Shown here: piece after piece, positions 1 through 8,294 of the stretch
Layout of the letters: each line of letters opens with the position of its first letter
Numbering within the stretch: the first letter of the stretch is position 1
Assembly (NCBI GenBank): GCA_016199085.1
Contig: JACQHJ010000006.1
Span: 1 to 59,130, forward strand
Origin: Candidatus Levyibacteriota bacterium
GTDB taxonomy: Bacteria; Patescibacteriota; Microgenomatia; Levybacterales; UBA12049
Reading direction: 5' to 3'
Length of the DNA stretch: 59,130 nt
Program-made: the position numbers and the translations under genes
Notes under the pieces: model-generated
Databases searched by the model: none
Told to the model about the DNA's origin: nothing
Seen by the model: the letters and a program-made list of their open reading frames with translations, nothing else

Positions 1-134
1 GCTATGTTCCGCCTAGAGGTAGATTCCTACGCGTTACTCACCCGTCTGCCACTTGGTCCTTGCGGACCCCGTTCGACTTGCATGCCTAAGGCACGCCGCC
101 AGCGTTCATCCTGAACCAGGATCAAATTCTCAAA
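1..134 (-). rRNA. rrs: 16S rRNA, 5' end only (the gene continues beyond the window start)
   Basis: The reverse complement of 61-131 reads GAGAATTTGATCCTGGTTCAGGATGAACGCTGGCGGCGTGCCTTAGGCATGCAAGTCGAACGGGGTCCGCA. This is the conserved 5' end of bacterial SSU rRNA. Confidence 0.93.
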
Positions 135-300
135 AAAATTGGATTAGTTTTACAACTAATACCTTGTCAGATTTCTTTATAGGAATAACCTGACAAAAAT
201 TCCTACCACTTTCTGATCGGAAAGCTAAAAGCTTTCAAATTAAAAGTTAATCCGGTTCCTCACCGATAAATTGTTAAAGTGCGAATTTATACTTGTAAAG

Positions 301-324
301 ATAAAAAATCCCGCCAGAGGCGGG
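301..324 (-). terminator. Rho-independent terminator downstream of the 392-1714 ORF
   Basis: On the minus strand a perfect 6-bp GC stem (cccgcc / ggcggg, 310-315 / 319-324) has a 3-nt loop. It is followed by ATTTTTTAT (301-309). Confidence 0.6.
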
Positions 325-391
325 TTCAAAATCCTTCCTTTGGCAAGAATCTTTACATAGTGGATCTATTATAGTTAATTTTGAAGGAAAG

Positions 392-1714
392 TCAAGAAGC
401 ATAAGAGGCTGGTTTTGAGTGTTCGACAAAATTCATCTTTCTTGCCCACCCGCCCGAACCAATACCTCTACCCCAGGGAAAGTTATGAATTGTATTTCCA
501 GTTGCGAAAGTCAGCCTTCTACCATTCTGGCTTGCCGTTAACCCTCTTCTAGATTTTCTCACTAACCCCCAAGTGCCATCTGCCAGTCCAGAAAGCCTGT
601 CGGAAATTCCTCCAGATAAAACCCGAACAACATTTCTTACGTTTATATTTACGGGGTCAGGAGTTGAGATCCTTGAAAAAGATCGTTGGTTTCTGTCAAG
701 CGGTGTTCCCTTGGCCAAAGTCCAAATTTCCTGTTTAAAAAGGTCTCTTTTAAGCCTTTCTTGCTCCTGACTATCTTGCGGTATTCCTTTAAGTCTTGCG
801 ATTTGCCTATAAAACTCTTTTTGGCCTGCAAAGGCTCCGTTCTTGACTGAACCCGCAAATTGTCTGACCGCTACCTCCGCAGCCATACCTACGCCCATAT
901 TGTATGTCCTTAACGTTCTTTCTAAGACTCCTTTCCCGTGAGTTCCGGCAGGCGTGTCGTATAAAAGCTGAGTTCTTTCTTGTATGTCAACAGGCAAATA
1001 CTTAAAAGTTTTGTCTGAGGTTATAGATCCCTTGGACCCTCCATGAATAATTATTCTCGTTGAATCAAGTTCTCCTTCGGGTAAATGATCATAAAGAAAT
1101 TCTGCATATATCCTTCCGTGTTGTGCAAAACCGTTTCTTCTTACCCCATCTACAAAATCAGGGGTAACCTGTCCTCCCAAAGCAGTAGGGCTGCCAACAA
1201 CATATATATCAACCGTCGGAGGTTTTGTGCCACTCCTTAACGCTGCTGCAATTTTTGGCATTTCACTTATAAATCTTGCTATAGCTATGTCCGTGGCGCT
1301 TATCGCACTACCATCGTCCCCCAGGCCAAAATAAGGCTCCATTAAATAAACATAATGATCAATATTTGGTGCTTTTCGCTTTCTCCTTTTAGCCAACATC
1401 TTCTGTAAATCCTCAGCAGCGCTTACATCTGAAGACTCTGGAGGAGGCGGAGATTTGGTGGCCAGTCTTCTGATTAAATCAGGGGTTACTGCCAAATGTG
1501 CTGAAAGGAATCCTACTCCCGGCTGCTCTCTTGAATTCCAAACCGATAATCCATCTCCCATCAATTGGTTATTAATTTCATCAAGAGTAATGTCAAAAGA
1601 TTGTCTGTGGTCTGGAATTTTTTCGTGGACAATGTCTCTAATTATTCTTACGTACGGGACTTCCAATGTTTGCCTAGAGGCTACCTCTATGTCTGGACTA
1701 TAATCTGCTTCCAT
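392..1714 (-). CDS. Hypothetical protein, possibly a serine hydrolase (GxSxG nucleophile elbow)
   Basis: 440-aa ORF with no signal peptide or TM helix. A beta-strand-plus-elbow pattern TRIIIHGGSKGS is present. It is rich in Arg/Gly/Asp/Pro, poor in Lys/Ile/Asn, and visibly GC-richer than its neighbours. I recognised no family by eye. Confidence 0.4.
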   Translation of the reverse strand: MEADYSPDIEVASRQTLEVPYVRIIRDIVHEKIPDHRQSFDITLDEINNQLMGDGLSVWNSREQPGVGFLSAHLAVTPDLIRRLATKSPPPPESSDVSAAEDLQKMLAKRRKRKAPNIDHYVYLMEPYFGLGDDGSAISATDIAIARFISEMPKIAAALRSGTKPPTVDIYVVGSPTALGGQVTPDFVDGVRRNGFAQHGRIYAEFLYDHLPEGELDSTRIIIHGGSKGSITSDKTFKYLPVDIQERTQLLYDTPAGTHGKGVLERTLRTYNMGVGMAAEVAVRQFAGSVKNGAFAGQKEFYRQIARLKGIPQDSQEQERLKRDLFKQEIWTLAKGTPLDRNQRSFSRISTPDPVNINVRNVVRVLSGGISDRLSGLADGTWGLVRKSRRGLTASQNGRRLTFATGNTIHNFPWGRGIGSGGWARKMNFVEHSKPASYAS

Positions 1715-1755
1715 ATAAGATAAAGCTTATCCTATTAACTTAATCCAATCAAGTA

Positions 1756-2301
1756 TTAATTATTTTTGGTAAAATTGTTTTCAATAACCTGGTATAAAAC
1801 AATTCCCAAAGATACCATTACGTTTAGGCTTTTATTTACTCCAAACATGGGAAGATCTACGACTGCATCTGACGCATCTATTACATCTTTTGCTACTCCT
1901 TCGCTTTCGTGTCCGACAATTAAAGCAATAGGAAACTTGTATTCAAACTTGTCATAGGGAACTGCTTTTTTATCAAGCTCTACAGAGACTATTTGAATTC
2001 CCTTTACATCTTTCCTTAGCTTCTTGATAGCTTCTATCGTAGTTTCGCAATATTCCCATTTAACCCACTCTGTCGTATTAATTGAAGCTTTTTTAATTCT
2101 TGTATGAGGCGGTGTTTCAGTCTGTCCGCAAATAAAAACTTTTCTACATGCGGTGGCATCGGCCAGTCTAAAAATTGCGCCTACATTATATGTATCCAAA
2201 ACATTATCGACTATTATGTAGATAGGGTTTTTGGGTAATTTATTAATAATCTGCGGATCTCCCTTGGTTGTCCTTAGATCTTTTGCCCCAAGCTTTATCA
2301 C
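1756..2301 (-). CDS. SpoU/TrmH-family RNA 2'-O-methyltransferase
   Basis: SPOUT motifs are present: NVGAIFRLAD, LIVGHESEGV and DLPMFGVNKSLNVMVSLGIVLY. Confidence 0.85.
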   Translation of the reverse strand: MIKLGAKDLRTTKGDPQIINKLPKNPIYIIVDNVLDTYNVGAIFRLADATACRKVFICGQTETPPHTRIKKASINTTEWVKWEYCETTIEAIKKLRKDVKGIQIVSVELDKKAVPYDKFEYKFPIALIVGHESEGVAKDVIDASDAVVDLPMFGVNKSLNVMVSLGIVLYQVIENNFTKNN

Positions 2302-2331
2302 AAGTGTTATTATATATAATACTTTTGTGGT

Positions 2332-2360
2332 TTGACAACAATTTTGACTAAAACTATAAT
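2332..2360 (+). promoter_or_regulatory. Sigma70-type promoter for the 2383 ORF
   Basis: TTGACA (2332-2337), a 17-nt spacer, then TATAAT (2355-2360). The ATG lies 22 nt downstream. Confidence 0.55.
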
Positions 2361-2382
2361 GCGCTCTAGGGTTTGACCCTTT

Positions 2383-3951
2383 ATGAATTATTCCTTTTCT
2401 AACCTTGCACTATCTCTAATTAATGTCTTTGAAAGCCAGGCTGCTTTGGACAATGATGAGAAGGTAACCGTTAACGCACTCGTTTCGCGTGTTGCTTCTT
2501 TTTATGAAAAATTCAGAACTGCAATGGATTACGGATCAGAGGAAACAATCCCAAGACGCGCAATTGAAAGAATGCTTAAGAGAATGTTTTTCCTGGAAAA
2601 AAGATCCAAGGCGATATCAGAAGACCTTGTCCGAGAACTTATTTGGGCAGGTTATTTCCCAAATGCAACGGTTCCAGAATCATTAATAGAAAAAGTCGGA
2701 AGTGCAATTGACTTACATCAAAAATTAAAAACTGAAGTCGGAAAACAGAAACTTCTCTCTTCTGATGACTTAAATGAATTTGTCTTACAGATGCTCTCCT
2801 GCGAAATATTCAATATTCTCCTTCCCAATAAGGAAAAAGAGGCTGTGGCCAACTTTATGTTTAGAGTTTTAAAGGATCAGGTAAAAATCGAGGATGAAAC
2901 CGATCAGACAAAAGACATCCAGGTGTTTTTGGCAATTAGAAAAAGTTTTGCCAAAGACGATCTGCCATTTTTAAAATATAAACTTTTTACCCAGATCTTT
3001 GGAAGATTAAACGACATTACAATTGAAGAAACGATAAAAAATTTCGTAAACGGGTATAAGGAGATAAGATTTCAGTTAACATATCCTAAAAAAGAAAGAA
3101 TCTTAAGCTATGTTAAAAGAGTAACTCCGCCGTTTTTAATCCTTTATGATCTTTTATGGGAAGAAAAAGGACATATCAAAATACTTGCCAAAGACCAGGA
3201 AGCTCTAAGACAAAAGGTTTTTGATATTTGTGAAAGAAAATACAGTACAATTAGAGGAAAAATACAAAGAGCAATAGTTAGAAGCTTTATTTTTATCCTT
3301 TTTACAAAAGCGATCATCGCCTTTGCTGTTGAAGGAGCCTTTGAAAGCATATTTTATGGAAGGATCCAGTGGTTTTCAATTGTACTAAACACAATTATTC
3401 CTCCTGCTATTATGGGAGTTGTCGGAGTTACAATCAGAACGCCGAGCGAAGAGAATTCTAAGCTTATTTTTACCGATATCCAAAAACTAATGTTTGTAGA
3501 AAACCCAGTCATTGCAAATGCCATAACTATCACTCTAAAAACGAAAACAAGGGCAAGTCTAAAAGATTATATATTTTCCGCTTTTTGGATTTTTACGATT
3601 CTTCTTGCGTTTGGCATAATTCTCATATTCCTAGACAGACTCAGCTTCAATATTTTAAGTAAAGCAATCTTTATCTTCTTTATAGCCATCATTTCTTTTC
3701 TTTCATACAGAATCTATCAGACTGCACATAGTTTTACCGTTGTTAAAAACCAAAACATCTTTACTCCGATTTTAGAGTTTTTCTTTGTTCCTATCATTCG
3801 AGTCGGAAGAGAATTAACCGAAGCCTTTTCACAGATAAACTTTATCTTACTCGTCATTGACTTTATCATTGAAGCTCCTTTTAAAGGAATAATAGGATTT
3901 TTTGAGCAGTGGTTCTTGTTTGTTGCAGCAAAACGGGAAGAATTGGAGTAG
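2383..3951 (+). CDS. Hypothetical membrane protein (soluble N-terminal half plus about 5 C-terminal TM helices)
   Basis: 522-aa ORF. Residues about 300-510 form several long hydrophobic segments. I recognised no catalytic motif. Confidence 0.45.
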   Translation: MNYSFSNLALSLINVFESQAALDNDEKVTVNALVSRVASFYEKFRTAMDYGSEETIPRRAIERMLKRMFFLEKRSKAISEDLVRELIWAGYFPNATVPESLIEKVGSAIDLHQKLKTEVGKQKLLSSDDLNEFVLQMLSCEIFNILLPNKEKEAVANFMFRVLKDQVKIEDETDQTKDIQVFLAIRKSFAKDDLPFLKYKLFTQIFGRLNDITIEETIKNFVNGYKEIRFQLTYPKKERILSYVKRVTPPFLILYDLLWEEKGHIKILAKDQEALRQKVFDICERKYSTIRGKIQRAIVRSFIFILFTKAIIAFAVEGAFESIFYGRIQWFSIVLNTIIPPAIMGVVGVTIRTPSEENSKLIFTDIQKLMFVENPVIANAITITLKTKTRASLKDYIFSAFWIFTILLAFGIILIFLDRLSFNILSKAIFIFFIAIISFLSYRIYQTAHSFTVVKNQNIFTPILEFFFVPIIRVGRELTEAFSQINFILLVIDFIIEAPFKGIIGFFEQWFLFVAAKREELE

Positions 3952-3954
3952 GTC

Positions 3955-4866
3955 TTAATCCTCAACCTGTTCGGTTTGTTTTAGCTGTTTTTCCGCATTC
4001 TGTGCCTCTTTAAATCTAAGGGCTGCTTCTCTTACTTTTTTTAACGCTTCTTTAGCTGCCTCAAGTTTTTTCTTTCTTTCATCGGAAAGCTTCTTTCTCT
4101 TTTCTTCTATCAGCTTTCTTTGTGCAAGCTGTTTTGCCTGGAGTTTCTTTGCGTCAAGTTTTTTTTGCTCAAGTTGGGCTGCTTTTTGAGCCCTTTTTTC
4201 TAACTTTTGGATTTTCTGCTCAGCTTTTTGGGCTTTTGTCGAAGTTCCCAAAACCGCATTTTCTACCTCGATCTCAAGATCCGATGCAATTGCCTCTTCC
4301 TGATCAGCGGTATTTAGATAGTTTTCGATATCAAGTTTTGAGAGTAAGAGCACATAACTTGCAGACTCAAGCTTGAATGAGAGCTGATCGTCTGAAGCTT
4401 TAGCAACCGTTGCCAAGACCAGCCTGTAATCTTTTAGCGCATCGTTTGCCTGTTTTGCAACAATAGATACGTCGTTTCCGTCCATTGCCGCTTTCTTTAG
4501 GTTTTGGGCAAGATTTTTTGCCTCTCTCTCGATTTCCAAAAGCGCAGTGTTGATGCCCTCGGTGTTTTTTGCCTCATACATTACTTTTAGCTCTGCCATT
4601 CTCTCGCCTAGTATTTGAGTTTGTACTATTGCTTTCTCATCTAAGAAAAAAGCAAGAGAAAGTTTTAATCTTTGAAATGCTTTATCTACGAAATAAAATG
4701 GGCTATCCGGGAGCAAATAACCTGTTCCGGCTGTAATTTGGGGAAAAGTATCGTTATTTGAAGAATAACCTAAAACCTCTTCTATGGGATTTGCAAAGAC
4801 ACTTCTGGAATTTGCAAGTACTGCAAATATTATGATAAGTACTGAAAAAGATATACTTTTTCTCAT
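3955..4866 (-). CDS. Secreted coiled-coil protein, DUF5667-like N-terminal region
   Basis: It has a signal peptide (MRKSISFSVLIIIFAVLANSRSVFA). The LLPDSPFYFVDKAFQRLKLSL pattern recalls DUF5667 proteins of CPR (from memory). The C-terminal tail is long and rich in Lys/Glu/Ala/Gln. Confidence 0.5.
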   Translation of the reverse strand: MRKSISFSVLIIIFAVLANSRSVFANPIEEVLGYSSNNDTFPQITAGTGYLLPDSPFYFVDKAFQRLKLSLAFFLDEKAIVQTQILGERMAELKVMYEAKNTEGINTALLEIEREAKNLAQNLKKAAMDGNDVSIVAKQANDALKDYRLVLATVAKASDDQLSFKLESASYVLLLSKLDIENYLNTADQEEAIASDLEIEVENAVLGTSTKAQKAEQKIQKLEKRAQKAAQLEQKKLDAKKLQAKQLAQRKLIEEKRKKLSDERKKKLEAAKEALKKVREAALRFKEAQNAEKQLKQTEQVED

Positions 4867-4956
4867 TAAGTATATTGTTGCCCTATTTTTATATATTTGT
4901 CAAGTGGTCTTCACCTTGACAAGCCTTTGAACAATTAAGGTATAATAAAAAATACC

Positions 4957-5406
4957 ATGACGGCAACGGGACACGCGATAATAGGCACAGTAATAGCAGC
5001 TAAAGTAGGTAATCCAGCTCTTGCAATACCACTTGCGATCGGATCTCATTTCTTAGCCGATGCATTCCCCCATTGGGACACCGGATACCACAGAGCTCAT
5101 AAAAGTAAGATTAAATTTTTCATACAAACCTTTATTGATGTAGTTGTCAGCTTCACTCTTTCATTTTTGATAATCACTCTTTTATTTCCCAAAACAGACA
5201 TCTGGTACACCTTTTTAATAGTTATTGCTGCGCAGCTTCCGGACTGGCTGACAGCCCCCTATCTTTTCTTCGACATGAAATTTTTTCCCTTTAATTACAT
5301 TTACAAATTCCAGAAACTTTTTGACCATAAGCTAGGGATGCCCTGGGGAGTAATAAATCAGGTTGCCATTCTTACGGCAGTAGTAATCCTTGGGCAGATG
5401 TTTTAA
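4957..5406 (+). CDS. Small polytopic membrane protein, possibly a YdjM/DUF457-like metal-dependent hydrolase
   Basis: 149 aa with 4 hydrophobic helices and His/Asp-containing segments (GHAIIG, SHFLADAFPHWD). Confidence 0.35.
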   Translation: MTATGHAIIGTVIAAKVGNPALAIPLAIGSHFLADAFPHWDTGYHRAHKSKIKFFIQTFIDVVVSFTLSFLIITLLFPKTDIWYTFLIVIAAQLPDWLTAPYLFFDMKFFPFNYIYKFQKLFDHKLGMPWGVINQVAILTAVVILGQMF

Positions 5407-5408
5407 AT

Positions 5409-6248
5409 ATGGAAACCGAAGAAAAATCCTTACCATTACCGGAAAAAGATCTACCGCTTCCTGAAAAAGAAATTACTTCAGGAAACAATAGCCTTTTAGA
5501 ATCAAAATGGGTAAAAATCGGACTAGTAGTTTTTCTTTTAGTCATAGTTGGGGCAGGCGCTTTTGTTTTCGGAAGAAATAACCTGTCTCAAAACCAAGAA
5601 CCGGTTGTTCCTTCTCCTACCCAGACTATAGTACAAGAATCCCCAACCCCAACACCAGATACGAGTGAAACTAAAGACTGGAAAACATATTTAAACAGCC
5701 AGTCTCAATGGGAAATGAAATATCCGGTAGATTTAACTGCAGAAAAAAGAGAGGCAAGCCAGATTGGACCGACAGGAATTGGCGATACTGTTGTGTTTTA
5801 TAAACTTGGCAAAAGTCAATCCACAGGAACTGAATTCTATGATGGAATATCTATAACAGTTGGTGTTTCGAAAAAGTCGGAAGATATTACACTCGAGGCT
5901 TTTGCAGATGAACAAACAAAGCCGAATCCTGAAGTTGGATCAACCAGAACTCCAGTTAAAAAAATTTCAATTAATGGACTAACTGGGGTTGAAACATATA
6001 TTACAAGTTTTGGGAATTCAAGAACAGTATATCTTGAGTATCCAGGGAAAAAAGATAGAACTTACTACATTTCCATAGTATCTGAAGGACCTGATAAAGC
6101 TGCTTATGACAAGACAGCTGAAATGATGCTTCAGACATTTAAGTCAATTGGAAATCAGACTGTTTGCACTCAAGAAGCAAAGCTCTGTCCAGATGGAAGT
6201 TATGTAGGAAGAACAGGACCTAATTGCGAATTTGCAACTTGCCCCTAA
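5409..6248 (+). CDS. Membrane-anchored extracytoplasmic protein with a C-terminal 4-Cys module
   Basis: The N-terminus carries a tandem LPLPEKD/LPLPEKE repeat, followed by one TM helix and a Pro/Thr linker. The C-terminus reads CTQEAKLCPDGSYVGRTGPNCEFATCP. Confidence 0.5.
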   Translation: METEEKSLPLPEKDLPLPEKEITSGNNSLLESKWVKIGLVVFLLVIVGAGAFVFGRNNLSQNQEPVVPSPTQTIVQESPTPTPDTSETKDWKTYLNSQSQWEMKYPVDLTAEKREASQIGPTGIGDTVVFYKLGKSQSTGTEFYDGISITVGVSKKSEDITLEAFADEQTKPNPEVGSTRTPVKKISINGLTGVETYITSFGNSRTVYLEYPGKKDRTYYISIVSEGPDKAAYDKTAEMMLQTFKSIGNQTVCTQEAKLCPDGSYVGRTGPNCEFATCP

Positions 6249-8239
6249 GCAGCGGCTTGTTTTATATCCTCGAGTTTCCAAGCGGCAAAATCACACTTTG
6301 GATAGTTACTGCATCCATAGAAACGGCGGCCTCTTTTGGTCTTTTTGATCACAATTTTTCCTCTATCTTTGGGGCACAAAAGATTAGTCTCCTGGACTAA
6401 TGGTTTGGTAAATTTACAATCAGGAAATGTTGAACAGGATAAGAATTTACCAAATCTTCCGGTTCTGACTACTAGATTTCCTTTTTTACACTCTGGACAA
6501 AGTTCATTAGTCTGCTCTACTTCTATTTTTACTCTTTTTACGTCTTTTACCTTATCCAAGATCTTTTCAAAAGGATCATAAAACTGCCTTATAACAGGAA
6601 CCCATTCTTTTTCTCCGTTTGCAATTTGATCAAGTTCGTCTTCCATTTCCGCTGTAAATGGAATATCGTCAACTGTCGAAAAGTTATCGACCAAAAAATC
6701 ATTTACGGCAATTCCTACGGAAGTTGGTTTAAATCTTGACTCTTCTCTTTCTATGTAACCCCTAGATTCAATCGTTGAAATGATTGTTGCATAAGTTGAA
6801 GGCCTACCAATTCCTTTTTCTTCTAACGTCTTAATTATCGATGCGTCGTTGTACCTTGGAGGCGGAAGTGTTTCATGAAACTCAGAAAGTGAGTTAACGT
6901 AATTTAACTTCTCACTTACTACAAAATCAGGAAGTCTTTTGTCTTCCAAGGCAAAAGGATTGATCTTTAAAAAGCCTTCAAAGACAAGCACTGAACCGTT
7001 TGCTTTAAGAGTATATGCTCCACTGCCTGCGTCAACCATAACAACGGTTGACTCTGTAATTGCATCTGCCATCTGAGTGGCCAAAGCTCTTCTCCAGATA
7101 ATTTCATAGAGCTTCCCGTATTGTGCTCCCAAATCTTTTGTAATCCTATCTGCTGTTACGCTTACCTTTGCTGGTCTTATGGCTTCGTGTGCTTCTTGGG
7201 CATTTTTGGAGGTATTTTTATAAAACCTAGGGGTTTCGGGAAGATATTTGTCTCCAAACTGTTGCTTTACATATTCTGTCATTTGATTTCTTGCGCTGTC
7301 TGCGATAGCAACGGAATCGGTTCTATGATATGTGATATATCCTTCCTCATAGAGTTTTTGGGCCAGCTGCATTGTCCTTCGACCAGATAGTCCCATTCTT
7401 CTTGCTCCGTCTTGCTGAAGAGTTGATGTTGTATATGGAGGAGGAGGCGTTCTTTTCATTTCCTTTTTGGTAACATCGGAAACGACAAAATCCTTTGTCT
7501 TTAGGTCTTCTTCAATCTTTGTTGCTCTTTCCTGGGCTTCGATTGAGGTTTTGGTGAATTTATATTCACCATCATAAAGATCTAACTCTTCTGAAATTTC
7601 AATTTTTTCCTTATTAATTTCCAAAAGTTCAAAAATTGTCTCTGTTGAGTCTTTCTTAAGAGTGGTAAGAATTGTGTAATAGGGGCTTTTCTTGAATTTC
7701 TCAATCTCTCTTTCGCGTTCGACAATGAGCCTTAAGGCAACTGACTGGACTCGTCCTGCTGACAATCCTCTTCGAACTTTAGACCACAAAATTGGTGAAA
7801 GTTTGTAGCCAACGAGTCTGTCCAGTACTCTTCTTGCCGTCTGCGCATCTACCAAATCTTTATTTATTTTTTTAGGGTTTTTAAGCGCTTCTTCTATCGC
7901 TTCCTTTGTTATCTCATGGAAAACAATTCTGTCTACGTCTTTACTGCCAATGTTTTGGGCAATGTGATATGCAATGGCCTCTCCTTCCCTGTCCAAATCT
8001 GTTGCCATTATTATCTTGTCAGCTTTCTTTGAAACTTTTTTAATTTCATCAATGGTTTTTTTCTTATCTTTCAAAAGCTGATAATCTGGTGCAAAGTCTT
8101 TTTCAGTGTCAACGCCAAGTTTTGATTTTGGCAAATCATAAATATGTCCCATTGAAGCAATGACTTCAAAATCCTCCCCCAGAAAGCGGGAAATGGTGCG
8201 TGCTTTAGTTGGTGATTCAACAATTACAAGGTTTTTCAT
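6245..8239 (-). CDS. topA: DNA topoisomerase I
   Basis: TOPRIM N-terminus (LVIVESPTKARTI) and active-site region GYITYHRTDS. Two C-terminal Cys4 zinc ribbons are present (CPECKKG...CSTFPDC; CPKD...CSNYPKC). Confidence 0.95.
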   Translation of the reverse strand: MKNLVIVESPTKARTISRFLGEDFEVIASMGHIYDLPKSKLGVDTEKDFAPDYQLLKDKKKTIDEIKKVSKKADKIIMATDLDREGEAIAYHIAQNIGSKDVDRIVFHEITKEAIEEALKNPKKINKDLVDAQTARRVLDRLVGYKLSPILWSKVRRGLSAGRVQSVALRLIVEREREIEKFKKSPYYTILTTLKKDSTETIFELLEINKEKIEISEELDLYDGEYKFTKTSIEAQERATKIEEDLKTKDFVVSDVTKKEMKRTPPPPYTTSTLQQDGARRMGLSGRRTMQLAQKLYEEGYITYHRTDSVAIADSARNQMTEYVKQQFGDKYLPETPRFYKNTSKNAQEAHEAIRPAKVSVTADRITKDLGAQYGKLYEIIWRRALATQMADAITESTVVMVDAGSGAYTLKANGSVLVFEGFLKINPFALEDKRLPDFVVSEKLNYVNSLSEFHETLPPPRYNDASIIKTLEEKGIGRPSTYATIISTIESRGYIEREESRFKPTSVGIAVNDFLVDNFSTVDDIPFTAEMEDELDQIANGEKEWVPVIRQFYDPFEKILDKVKDVKRVKIEVEQTNELCPECKKGNLVVRTGRFGKFLSCSTFPDCKFTKPLVQETNLLCPKDRGKIVIKKTKRGRRFYGCSNYPKCDFAAWKLEDIKQAAA

Positions 8240-8294
8240 CTAATAAACAAAAGTGTGCATAAATTATACATGGCTTGTCAAGAGGCAAAGGTTT

